Positions 10,506-18,602 of a DNA stretch of 64,000 nt are shown here, piece after piece (position 1 is the first letter of the stretch; every line of letters starts with the position of its first letter). The stretch spans positions 32,001 through 96,000 of the IMG/VR virus record IMGVR_UViG_3300045988_147517. One strand, given 5' to 3'. The notes under the pieces were generated by a model, which did not search any database, was not told the DNA's origin, and saw only the letters and a program-made list of their open reading frames with translations. The translations under genes were made by a program, and so were the position numbers. The stretch is from a virus.

Positions 10506-10515
10506 TGATTACACC

Positions 10516-10848
10516 TTAGAATGGAGTAACGGTTGCAGAATCTTCGTTATAAGTGATTTCATCAATATCATAGATATTTAAAACAGGATTCTTTGGGTAG
10601 CGCTTTTCTCCATCGGCGTTAACATAAGGGGTATTTTGCATTTTCCCCTGTAAAAGTTTAAATGATTTAATGTCTGGATTCTGGGAAACTTTCTCGTATG
10701 CATTACCAAAGAATGTGCAGAAAAATCTTGAATAAATTCGCTCACCCTTTGGATTTTTATCTGGAACTGAGACAGATGCCCGCGCCAAATTCCCCTTATC
10801 CTCATAGTTATTTCCGTTCAAATACATATACTGTTCTTTTACCCACAT
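10516..10848 (-). CDS. possible single-stranded DNA-binding protein
   Basis: 110 aa, located between the nuclease and Erf, with a C-terminus ending ..TPF like SSB tails. The evidence is weak. Confidence 0.35.
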   Translation of the reverse strand: MWVKEQYMYLNGNNYEDKGNLARASVSVPDKNPKGERIYSRFFCTFFGNAYEKVSQNPDIKSFKLLQGKMQNTPYVNADGEKRYPKNPVLNIYDIDEITYNEDSATVTPF

Positions 10849-10864
10849 AAATTATTACCTCTCT

Positions 10865-11008
10865 TTATTGATATTCTATAAACAAATCTTCGACTTCTAT
10901 TCCCCATGCGCGAAATACATCTTGCACATTGATTAATAGCTCGTCGACATCAATGTTATCAAAACTCTCATCGCATTCTAATAATAAATGCATTTCACCT
11001 TCATACAT
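10865..11008 (-). CDS. small acidic protein
   Basis: Hand-translated 47-aa ORF MYEGEMHLLLECDESFDNIDVDELL.. starting 4 nt after the erf stop, behind GGAG. Confidence 0.4.
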   Translation of the reverse strand: MYEGEMHLLLECDESFDNIDVDELLINVQDVFRAWGIEVEDLFIEYQ

Positions 11009-11011
11009 ATT

Positions 11012-11800
11012 TTACTCCAAATTTTTCACAATGTCAAGTGCTTTTTTAATATCTGCTTCAGTAGTGATTTTATTTACATCGCCTTTTGGCTCTACCTGTT
11101 TTAACGCTTCGATTACCCTCTGTCTTCTAGTGCTATCATTCTGAGTATACTTGGCGCATTCTGCAATAAGATTTTCTTTTAGAGGGTCTTTTGCTTTAGT
11201 CACTGTTTTTTTAGCAGTTTTTGCTGGGGATTTCTTATTAACACCAGCGGCGGCATTACCATCATCATCAACCTCTCCGGCAACACCAGCAATAGCATTG
11301 ACCGAAAATCTTCTTAAATATGTGATTACAGCGCCCATACCCTGAATATCTGCTTTGGCTGGTTTCCCTGTTAAAGATGGGAAAGACATATACGCACCAC
11401 TCTCATGCGTTAAAATCGTCTGTACACTCCCCATGCCATCACTTGTAACTTTTGGAGATTGAATAAGTGCCAAACCATACTTGCCCATGACGGGACGAAT
11501 GGCATTTAATACTTCACTGAGTGGCGCGTACTTTGACTTGAAAAACGGATTATCTGCATTATTTTCAGGATTTCCAACTTCTGCAAAGTATTTCCCTAAG
11601 GCGCCAAACATCTCCGCCCGCGCTTCGTCTGAGCCGCTAATTTCTACATTTCCATCATCCGCTACCACACTGATATCTTCTAAAATTAATTCATCAGGAA
11701 TTGCATATTGCATAACGGGAGTATCGATTAATGGCGCTTCAATAGTACCATATTCTATTGTTGAATTATGAGAATTTGATTGAATAATATTTTCGTCCAT
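11012..11800 (-). CDS. erf: Erf-family single-strand annealing protein
   Basis: SKYAPLSEVLNAIRPVMGKYGLALIQ matches the ERF-family core. Confidence 0.7.
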   Translation of the reverse strand: MDENIIQSNSHNSTIEYGTIEAPLIDTPVMQYAIPDELILEDISVVADDGNVEISGSDEARAEMFGALGKYFAEVGNPENNADNPFFKSKYAPLSEVLNAIRPVMGKYGLALIQSPKVTSDGMGSVQTILTHESGAYMSFPSLTGKPAKADIQGMGAVITYLRRFSVNAIAGVAGEVDDDGNAAAGVNKKSPAKTAKKTVTKAKDPLKENLIAECAKYTQNDSTRRQRVIEALKQVEPKGDVNKITTEADIKKALDIVKNLE

Positions 11801-12492
11801 TAAATAGCACCAACCTTTTCTGCTAATATAACCATTCTTCCAAATGCAGTTACGCCTTCAATGATACTTTCTAAACTCTGTCTTTCATACAATGATAGGT
11901 CTTTGTAACTGTCGCTATTCATCATTTCTTCCATATCATTTGTTAATGAATTAAAAAACTCTTCTACGGTTTTAGCATTGTATAAGTCATCACACACTTT
12001 TCTCATCATTTTTGCGTCCTCTTCCTCGTCCTCGTCAATAATATTTAAGAGTTCTGGAATTAACGACGCTTTTAGTTGTTTAAGAATTTCGGATGATTCA
12101 TCCTTTTCTGTGTCATTCCCTACTTCATTTGTAACGAATCTCTCGAATGCCTCATTAAAATCTGATAGACTGTTCCCTGAAATCGAATCTCCATTGCAAT
12201 CATCAAATTTAACTTTAGGTTTGTTGCTAAGGCGATATTCCATGTAAGTCATAATAGAATAATTTGCCAAATCTCTTAATGTGTCTTCTAAAGACTCATA
12301 CACAACATCATCCTTATCTGCAATTTGTAGCGCACGATTTAACTTATGTTTAATCTGGTAAAGACATGGCTTTACACCATCCTCATCAAACATTTGCCCA
12401 AAGCTATCACCATATTCTTCATTTTTGCTTACGTAAACTTCACTTAACTCTTCACACACTCTTTTAAATTCAATTAATTTTTCTGATACCAT
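11800..12492 (-). CDS. hypothetical protein with a DUF1599-like N-terminus
   Basis: The pattern KNEEYGDSF..IKHKLNRALQI..LEDTLRDLANYSIM resembles the nucleotide-modification-associated domain DUF1599. This is recalled from memory only. Confidence 0.4.
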   Translation of the reverse strand: MVSEKLIEFKRVCEELSEVYVSKNEEYGDSFGQMFDEDGVKPCLYQIKHKLNRALQIADKDDVVYESLEDTLRDLANYSIMTYMEYRLSNKPKVKFDDCNGDSISGNSLSDFNEAFERFVTNEVGNDTEKDESSEILKQLKASLIPELLNIIDEDEEEDAKMMRKVCDDLYNAKTVEEFFNSLTNDMEEMMNSDSYKDLSLYERQSLESIIEGVTAFGRMVILAEKVGAI

Positions 12493-12502
12493 AATATTCT
12501 CC

Positions 12503-12868
12503 TTAAAAATTTAACGTTATTTTCAATTCATTAAGCAATTCTTCATCAAAATAATCAGAATAATCTACTTTAATTTCTTTTGTCTCAGCCTCATATAACT
12601 TTTCAAACGTATCAACTGAGATATTATAGAATTCACCATCAATATTTTTTACTAAATAAGTATTGAATGGGGAGTGGAATAATACTTCGCCGCTATCTAA
12701 AGACTTAAAAGCATAATGAATAGGGGATGTTTCATTTACAACCTCCATTCTTAATCTATTCTTCTCAAGAAATCTTAACAAATCTCTAAATTCATTTTCG
12801 GTATATGCACATGATAATTTAATTCTTACTGCTTCAATTAATGTTGGCTTATGTTTATAAACTCCCAT
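12503..12868 (-). CDS. hypothetical protein
   Basis: 121-aa ORF in the operon. Confidence 0.5.
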   Translation of the reverse strand: MGVYKHKPTLIEAVRIKLSCAYTENEFRDLLRFLEKNRLRMEVVNETSPIHYAFKSLDSGEVLFHSPFNTYLVKNIDGEFYNISVDTFEKLYEAETKEIKVDYSDYFDEELLNELKITLNF

Positions 12869-13583
12869 AATATTCCCTCATTTCTTTGGATTTTCCACAA
12901 GACATATTTCCTTCTGGACAATTTCCGCCTACGCAAAACGGCCCAGCGTCTCTAAATAATACTGGCGCTACTTTTTTACACTCTCTTAACATTTGGTCGG
13001 CAACATCTTGTATTTCATCTTGCGCCCTAGTGCAACATCTTTGATTGAAAAAATGTAACAATTCTCTAGCGTTTGCTTTAAGAATCATTTTAGTTTCACA
13101 AGCATTTGGAAGTACATAACGAGCATTTTCGTATGCCTGTTTCTCATTCATACCACTTTTAATCAACTCATCAACGATATCATTATACGCGCCATATGAT
13201 GATTCCATGGCTCTGGTATACATATCTATAATCTTTGCTCCCCCTACAATGATTGCTGGTGTTGGAATAATATAATTAAAGTCAGTTTCTGACACATAGC
13301 GTTGTGAACGCTGATTAAAACTCATTAACCGATGACGCACTAACTGATGGCTAGTTGAACGCGAAATTCCCTCAATAGAGAATGTGAAATCGGCTTGTTC
13401 TAAAGGCGTTCCATGCGTACTTGGTAAACGTTTTAAGAATTTTTCAGCCTCTTCGTTTGTTGAGATATTAAATAAATCATCGGCCGATTTATCACTATAG
13501 CAGAGCTTAGCGGCCGTTGCTACCGCTTTTTCTGGCTCCGGTGTGTAAGATAATAATTTTACTTTTGGCGCTACTTCTTTCAT
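12855..13583 (-). CDS. thyX: flavin-dependent thymidylate synthase
   Basis: Contains the ThyX signature QLVRHRLMSFNQRSQRY. Confidence 0.85.
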   Translation of the reverse strand: MKEVAPKVKLLSYTPEPEKAVATAAKLCYSDKSADDLFNISTNEEAEKFLKRLPSTHGTPLEQADFTFSIEGISRSTSHQLVRHRLMSFNQRSQRYVSETDFNYIIPTPAIIVGGAKIIDMYTRAMESSYGAYNDIVDELIKSGMNEKQAYENARYVLPNACETKMILKANARELLHFFNQRCCTRAQDEIQDVADQMLRECKKVAPVLFRDAGPFCVGGNCPEGNMSCGKSKEMREYYGSL

Positions 13584-13586
13584 TAT

Positions 13587-13856
13587 TTAATTGTCCTCCA
13601 ATTCTATATTAGCATCACTGTAATCATGTGAAACAACTATATAGTATTCACCATCTTCGCTTTTAAGGATAATGACAATACTATTCCCAGACGAACAATA
13701 ATAATAACTACTATCATCATCATTTTCAAGCGTTTGAATTCCAGTTTTAATCCACTTATTAATATCCTTATCTTTTATCTTTACACCATTTTTAAAAGAA
13801 TAAAAATCTTCTGGATACTGTGGAACATCCACTTCTTTATACACTTTAATCTTCAT
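13587..13856 (-). CDS. hypothetical protein
   Basis: Start moved to MKIKVY (GGAGG RBS), because a TTGACA-N17-TATAAT promoter lies inside the longer tracked ORF. Confidence 0.5.
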   Translation of the reverse strand: MKIKVYKEVDVPQYPEDFYSFKNGVKIKDKDINKWIKTGIQTLENDDDSSYYYCSSGNSIVIILKSEDGEYYIVVSHDYSDANIELEDN

Positions 13857-14041
13857 ATGTACCTCCTTTTTTCTATAATAATTATACCACACCCCATGCA
13901 TTTTGTCAACAGGGTATGGTATTTTTCTTTAAATATTTCTAAATTCAAAAGCAATCCTAATTTAATTAATTACAAATATTTTTATAAAGCTCTATTTCTT
14001 AAAAATGCTTTAAAAAGCAAACAATTATAAAAATTTATTTT

Positions 14042-14275
14042 TTAGTCATCTTCTACGAATAATTTTATTTCTACATGGGGATTTACTCCTTTTTCAAAAT
14101 GGTAATGAAACTCTCTCTTTGCAATTATTCCATGATAAACTGTTCCATTGCTAAGATTAATTACAATCTTTTCATTTTCATTCGGTATGACAGGATAATC
14201 TCTGAAATCCATATTCCCGATTGATTCCCAATTATTTAAAAAATCATCCCAAGCATATAGTACTGTATGTATCAT
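14042..14275 (-). CDS. hypothetical protein
   Basis: 77-aa ORF. Confidence 0.5.
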   Translation of the reverse strand: MIHTVLYAWDDFLNNWESIGNMDFRDYPVIPNENEKIVINLSNGTVYHGIIAKREFHYHFEKGVNPHVEIKLFVEDD

Positions 14276-14745
14276 TTTTCTTTCTTCTTAGTGAGGTCAA
14301 GTTCTACCTCAAATTCCTCAAACTCTGCATCTTCTGGCGCGCTCATTTCGACTTGTTCTTTTGCGGCCTCCATTTCTTCTTGTTCCCTTTCCTGCTCTTC
14401 TTCAAATTCTTTCTGGCGCTCTTCCATTTCTTTTTGGAATTTTTCTGCTTCTTCAGGTGTCATTGGATTCATACCTACAAAAACATAGACACTACATAAC
14501 ATTTCACCAACATCTTCAAAATCAATTTTAACAATTTGATTTGCTTCGAGCGCTACAACGTGAATAACTTTTAATTCATCATTAATATTGCATTCAAAAT
14601 ACGACCCATTTGATAGTCCATACCCTTCAAATAAATCTTCTGTTGGAACGGCAAATTGATATCTCGAAAAACCATTTTCCATTTCTTCATATTTTACACT
14701 ACATCTTACACTTCTTGTTTCATCTTTTTTAATTTCTTCCATCAT
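14272..14745 (-). CDS. hypothetical protein with an acidic C-terminus
   Basis: Start moved to MMEEIKK behind AAGGAG. Confidence 0.5.
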   Translation of the reverse strand: MMEEIKKDETRSVRCSVKYEEMENGFSRYQFAVPTEDLFEGYGLSNGSYFECNINDELKVIHVVALEANQIVKIDFEDVGEMLCSVYVFVGMNPMTPEEAEKFQKEMEERQKEFEEEQEREQEEMEAAKEQVEMSAPEDAEFEEFEVELDLTKKKEK

Positions 14746-14944
14746 CAATCTCCTTTGCTTCTTTATATTCAATCAAGGGGCAATTTGTTCGCCGCTTGTA
14801 TTTTAAACTAGTATCTTTTTTAGCATATGGCAAAATCTTACATTCGTAATATTCTGAATTTCCACCATAAACATGATTGCTCTTAATACTCTTGAATAAA
14901 CATTCTGCACAACTTTCTGGATATTTATCAACAACTATTTTCAT
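14729..14944 (-). CDS. small Cys-rich protein
   Basis: 71-aa ORF. Confidence 0.45.
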   Translation of the reverse strand: MKIVVDKYPESCAECLFKSIKSNHVYGGNSEYYECKILPYAKKDTSLKYKRRTNCPLIEYKEAKEIDDGRN

Positions 14945-15083
14945 CTTACCATTAAACTTTCTAATACTTCATTCTTTATAATGTCGTAAAGCATATCTTG
15001 TGCTACTTTTTCCATAATTGAATTATTCCCATTAATATCTAAATCCATCGCTTGTTTTAGATAATAAGACAAAGGCTCCCCTT

Positions 15084-15163
15084 ATTTAGGCACATTTTCA
15101 CGCTTCTCGCTCAAGCACTACAATAAGTACAGTATCAACGAGCTATCCCCGTCCTAACAGCGG
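15084..15163 (-). ncRNA. TnpB-associated guide-scaffold RNA (omega-RNA-like), orphan copy A
   Basis: Minus-sense CCGCUGUUAGGACGGGGAUAGCUCGUUGAU-[ACUGUA CUUAU UGUAGU]-GCUUGAGCGAGAAGCGUGAAAAUGUGCCUAAAU. It is homologous to the RNA directly downstream of tnpB and has no ORF. Confidence 0.7.
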
Positions 15164-15300
15164 TTCTTGCTAACGATTTGTCAATCTTTGATTAACTCCT
15201 TTTCTCTCTGGGAATCAAATTCAAAATCCTCATTCGATTCTGGTATTTCATAAGGGTCATGGTCATAGCACCACATACAACCATCACATTCCTTTGTTCC

Positions 15301-15329
15301 ATTATAACATAATAGCGCCAATATGTCAA
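15301..15329 (-). promoter_or_regulatory. sigma-70/A-type promoter
   Basis: TTGACA (15329-15324), 17-nt spacer, TATAAT (15306-15301). It lies upstream of scaffold copy A. Confidence 0.65.
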
Positions 15330-15616
15330 CCTTCTTTCGGTTTATCTTCAATTATATTCTTTACTTCCTCCACAAATTCTTTATTGCGTTCCGTGCTTTT
15401 AATCCTACAATGCCGAATTTGTAGCAGTGTTATAAATGCTACAATCCCCAAGATTACTGCCATAAGTCTGGCTTGTACAATTGTAACTCCTAGTCGTCCA
15501 AGCAAATGATAAAAATTAAAAAGATTGTCTGTCGCAAATCCGAAAACAACCATTATACTAAAAACAACAAAAATCGCTTCAAAAAAGCACCATAAAATAT
15601 TTTTAATTTTGTCCAT
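15326..15616 (-). CDS. membrane protein
   Basis: 96 aa with three hydrophobic segments and a GGAGG RBS. Confidence 0.55.
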   Translation of the reverse strand: MDKIKNILWCFFEAIFVVFSIMVVFGFATDNLFNFYHLLGRLGVTIVQARLMAVILGIVAFITLLQIRHCRIKSTERNKEFVEEVKNIIEDKPKEG

Positions 15617-15632
15617 ACTGCCTCCATGCTCG

Positions 15633-16382
15633 TCAATTTACTTCTAAAATTCTATCATATAGCACATGAAATTCGCTGATATAATCTCCTTGCTCAATCA
15701 TAAGCCCCATAGGTATAACTTTATTATTTCCTTCTAATTTATGAAGGCATAAATCATCTTCTATATGGTAATGACCAGCGAACCATTTATCAAATTTAAC
15801 CGCGTTTAAAATTTCATCACTCAAAAAATTTGTAAACACATTGGGTTCAAACCACCTATCTCTCAAAAGTCCAACATAGGTAGGTATATCATGTGTAATA
15901 ATATAATCTACCTCATTATTATTTCTTTGCAAATTATTTATCGCATTTAAACATTCTTTATTATTCGGAACTTCCTCTGGCCACCAATCTAATCCGGGCG
16001 TCCTTAATTCTTTATCATGAGATGGCGCACCCCCTAGTGCCAAAAACTTTTTATCTTCAATAATAAAAATTTCTCCACGCATCAGGTGGTATACGCTGTC
16101 ATTAATTTTATGTGCTTTTCCGCCAAATAAATTAACTGTTTCGAATTCGTTTAATAAGTGGTGATTCTCATGATTTCCATCAATAAATAAAGTTGTGAAT
16201 GGTTTATTGTCGAACCATTTCTGCCAATACTTATCTGTATTGCTATTGTCCCACACCACTCCAAAATCGCCACAGACAATTAAGTAATCCCGCTTAGTGA
16301 GTTGGCGCTGTTCAGGCCATGCTTTCGTAGTGAGTTTATGAATATCTATAGGGCAATGTACATCACCTGTCACAAAAATCAT
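15633..16382 (-). CDS. calcineurin-like metallophosphoesterase
   Basis: Motifs in order: GDVHC, CGDFG, DGNHENH, THDIP, AGHYH. Confidence 0.75.
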   Translation of the reverse strand: MIFVTGDVHCPIDIHKLTTKAWPEQRQLTKRDYLIVCGDFGVVWDNSNTDKYWQKWFDNKPFTTLFIDGNHENHHLLNEFETVNLFGGKAHKINDSVYHLMRGEIFIIEDKKFLALGGAPSHDKELRTPGLDWWPEEVPNNKECLNAINNLQRNNNEVDYIITHDIPTYVGLLRDRWFEPNVFTNFLSDEILNAVKFDKWFAGHYHIEDDLCLHKLEGNNKVIPMGLMIEQGDYISEFHVLYDRILEVN

Positions 16383-16678
16383 TATTTCTCAACCTTTCTG
16401 CAATGCACATTTAAATTATTTGAATCCATATTGTAAATAATTCGTTCAATCACATAATAATTTCCATTCTTATAAACTTCTTCCCCAATTTGCGGGGTGT
16501 GAAAAGTTTTCACATGTTCTGGCTTACTATCGTTGGGAATAAGATAATAATATTGTTCTTCCATCATTTCTCCTATATCCTTATTATGCGTAGTTGTAAC
16601 CTTCCAATAAACAAAACACATTCCAACAACCATTACAACAACTATAATGGCGGTAATTATATTATATCTTATCTTCAT
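16382..16678 (-). CDS. membrane-anchored protein
   Basis: N-terminal transmembrane segment IITAIIVVVMVVGMCFVYW. Confidence 0.5.
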   Translation of the reverse strand: MKIRYNIITAIIVVVMVVGMCFVYWKVTTTHNKDIGEMMEEQYYYLIPNDSKPEHVKTFHTPQIGEEVYKNGNYYVIERIIYNMDSNNLNVHCRKVEK

Positions 16679-17091
16679 ATTTCCTTTTTCCTAAATAAAT
16701 TATTAAAGTGCTCCAGCGTATATATCGTGGCGCTATCCTTTTTAGGATAATCCATTACAATTATATGCGGGATTCCGTCTTTATCTTTTACGCCCTTAAT
16801 AATTTCATACTCATTCCCATATATATCAACATACACCGAATCGGTAGATTTAAACTCCTTATTTAATTCCACACGCCTAACAACTAGCCCTATAAGAAAC
16901 CCAATGATGGTGACACCCATCCAAATACTAGGCATAGCATTATTACCTAAGCCTAGCACTTTCATATACAAATCAAGTGTAAACATTCCATCATAGATAA
17001 ACACGCATATGACTAATGTTAAGACCGCTACCCCAACCCCACAAAACCCATAACGCAACCATGTTAAAATTGATTTTATTTTATCATTCAT
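16675..17091 (-). CDS. membrane protein
   Basis: Two transmembrane segments in the N-terminal half. Confidence 0.5.
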   Translation of the reverse strand: MNDKIKSILTWLRYGFCGVGVAVLTLVICVFIYDGMFTLDLYMKVLGLGNNAMPSIWMGVTIIGFLIGLVVRRVELNKEFKSTDSVYVDIYGNEYEIIKGVKDKDGIPHIIVMDYPKKDSATIYTLEHFNNLFRKKEI

Positions 17092-17121
17092 AAAAGTATC
17101 CTCTCATCCAAAAGTAGTTGG

Positions 17122-17676
17122 TTACATGATGTGGCCGTATCTTTGCAAAAGTCTTAAACCGTCAACCATTTCGCTTAAAGACTCGTCAAAATTATCAGAA
17201 GTTTCATCCTTACTTTCTTCTTCTTGTTCTTCCTCTTCGTCATATCCTATCATATCAACTATAAGCGCAAATGAAGTGAATATTTCTTCCTCAGAAACTT
17301 CTTCATTGTTTTCAATCTTTTCTTCAATTTTATTAAGATATTCTAAAGCATGTAAAAGTTTAAATGCTTCTGATATTTCGGAATTTTCATCCTCCAATTC
17401 AATGGCTGTCCTTTTTGTAGAGCCACAAGCTTTAGGTTCTGCATCGATGCACCATTCAGAGCTTACTTTTAATAATTCGCCGTCTTCCGCCTCTACAATA
17501 TAAGACTTTTCATTTTCACCCAATAATTCATCATGCCAAAATTCTCCTACTATCGGCATCATATCCATTTTATCATATGGCATTTCGATGCCCATTTCAT
17601 TGGTTAAAGCTTTCCCGGCTTCATAGACATTCTTACCTACAACCTCAATCATTTTTTCTTTACTAAATACTAGCAT
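17122..17676 (-). CDS. hypothetical acidic protein
   Basis: 184-aa ORF. Confidence 0.5.
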   Translation of the reverse strand: MLVFSKEKMIEVVGKNVYEAGKALTNEMGIEMPYDKMDMMPIVGEFWHDELLGENEKSYIVEAEDGELLKVSSEWCIDAEPKACGSTKRTAIELEDENSEISEAFKLLHALEYLNKIEEKIENNEEVSEEEIFTSFALIVDMIGYDEEEEQEEESKDETSDNFDESLSEMVDGLRLLQRYGHIM

Positions 17677-17707
17677 TTTGTTCTCCTTTTTTATATAAAT
17701 TTTAAAA

Positions 17708-17785
17708 ATTAAATATAATTCATGTTAACTTTAAACAATGGTAAAAGTCAATCAAATTTAAATACATTCTAATTTAAACACAGAT
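17708..17785 (-). repeat. two degenerate copies of the CRISPR-like repeat downstream of scaffold copy B
   Basis: Plus-strand 17756-17785 ATTTAAATACATTCTAATTTAAACACAGAT and 17708-17737 ATTAAATATAATTCATGTTAACTTTAAACA, compared with the consensus ATTTAAATACATCTCATGTTAAACACAAAC. Confidence 0.5.
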
Positions 17786-17850
17786 TCAACGCTTCTCGCT
17801 CAATAACCTTACGGTTAAGTATCAACGAGCTAACCCCGGTTTAACCTCGG
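17772..17850 (-). ncRNA. TnpB-associated guide-scaffold RNA, orphan copy B, with its own promoter
   Basis: Minus-sense CCGAGGUUAAACCGGGGUUAGCUCGUUGAUAC-[UUAACC GUAA GGUUA]-UUGAGCGAGAAGCGUUGAAUCUGUGUUUAAAU. It starts about 7 nt after a perfect -10 box. Confidence 0.7.
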
Positions 17851-17857
17851 TTCTTTG

Positions 17858-17886
17858 ATTATAACATATAATTTTTGTTATGTCAA
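17858..17886 (-). promoter_or_regulatory. consensus promoter driving scaffold copy B
   Basis: TTGACA (17886-17881), exactly 17 nt, TATAAT (17863-17858). No ORF lies between it and the RNA. Confidence 0.7.
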
Positions 17887-17895
17887 ATTTATTTT

Positions 17896-18237
17896 TTAAT
17901 CATCCCATTCAATATCTGGGTATGGATTTCTATTAATTTCGTCTATATAGAATTCCCCGTAAAACCAATCTTTTAAATTGATATATATTTCATTTATTTC
18001 TTGCAATGTTTTTTCGATAAATTCATTTATTTCTTCGTCATCATATTTATTATCAGCAAAATACTTTTCACTATTAAATATTTTACAAAATGGATAAGAA
18101 TGCACTTCAACTTTTACATGAATGCACCAACCACAATAGCGATAATTTATAATTATATCAAATGGCAAGTCGTATAAATCGTATAATTCTTTACATTCTT
18201 TTGTTTTATTTTCATAATAATATTTTTTAGTAATCAT
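17896..18237 (-). CDS. hypothetical protein
   Basis: 113-aa ORF with AGGGGT RBS, located between the repeat array and scaffold copy B. Confidence 0.5.
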   Translation of the reverse strand: MITKKYYYENKTKECKELYDLYDLPFDIIINYRYCGWCIHVKVEVHSYPFCKIFNSEKYFADNKYDDEEINEFIEKTLQEINEIYINLKDWFYGEFYIDEINRNPYPDIEWDD

Positions 18238-18264
18238 TTTACCCCTACTTTATTTAAACATTCC

Positions 18265-18492
18265 ATTCAAATACATCTCGTGTTAAACACAAACTTTGGC
18301 ACTTGATGTCTATTTTTTCTGGAAATTAAAATTTAAATGCATCTCATGTTAAACACAAACCCCGGCATCTATTACCGGAGACAAACAAATAGTAAGATTT
18401 AAATACATCTCATGTTAAACACAAACCCTAATCGTCTATATCTGCGCCTTTTAGAATATCTAATTTAAATACATCTCATGTTAAACACAAAC
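18265..18492 (-). CRISPR. CRISPR-like mini-array: 4 x 30-nt repeats, 3 x 36-nt spacers
   Basis: Repeats are at 18265-18294 (2 mismatches), 18331-18360 (1 mismatch), 18397-18426 and 18463-18492, with an exact 66-nt period. In crRNA sense the repeat is GTTTGTGTTTAACATGAGATGTATTTAAAT, containing the hairpin ACAU-GAG-AUGU. The spacers are unique. Confidence 0.75.
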
Positions 18493-18513
18493 TATAGTAT
18501 TTATCTCATTCTC

Positions 18514-18591
18514 ATTACGCTAACATTTGATGCTTCTCACTCGATAGTCTAATGACTAAGCATAAATGAGCTATCCCCGGTTTAACCTCGG
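18514..18591 (-). ncRNA. guide-scaffold RNA (omega-RNA / tracr-like), copy C, immediately 3' of tnpB
   Basis: It begins 11 nt after the tnpB stop: CCGAGGUUAAACCGGGGAUAGCUCAUUUAUGCU-[UAGUC AUUA GACUA]-UCGAGUGAGAAGCAUCAAAUGUUAGCGUAAU. The 3' boundary is uncertain. Confidence 0.7.
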
Positions 18592-18602
18592 TTGGTGGTA
18601 AG

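Noticed and set aside
14941-15293. Small ORFs flanking scaffold copy A: 35 codons at 14941-15048 and about 31 codons near 15190-15285.
   Set aside because: There is no convincing Shine-Dalgarno sequence at the right spacing, and one candidate ATG lies inside the -10 box. I left them unannotated.
18265-18492. The four 30-nt repeats as replication iterons or a transcription-factor binding array.
   Set aside because: An exact 66-nt period, unique equal-length 36-nt spacers, an internal repeat hairpin, co-orientation with tnpB, and homology of the repeat 3' end to the scaffold tail all fit a guide array better. This is not formally excluded without expression data.
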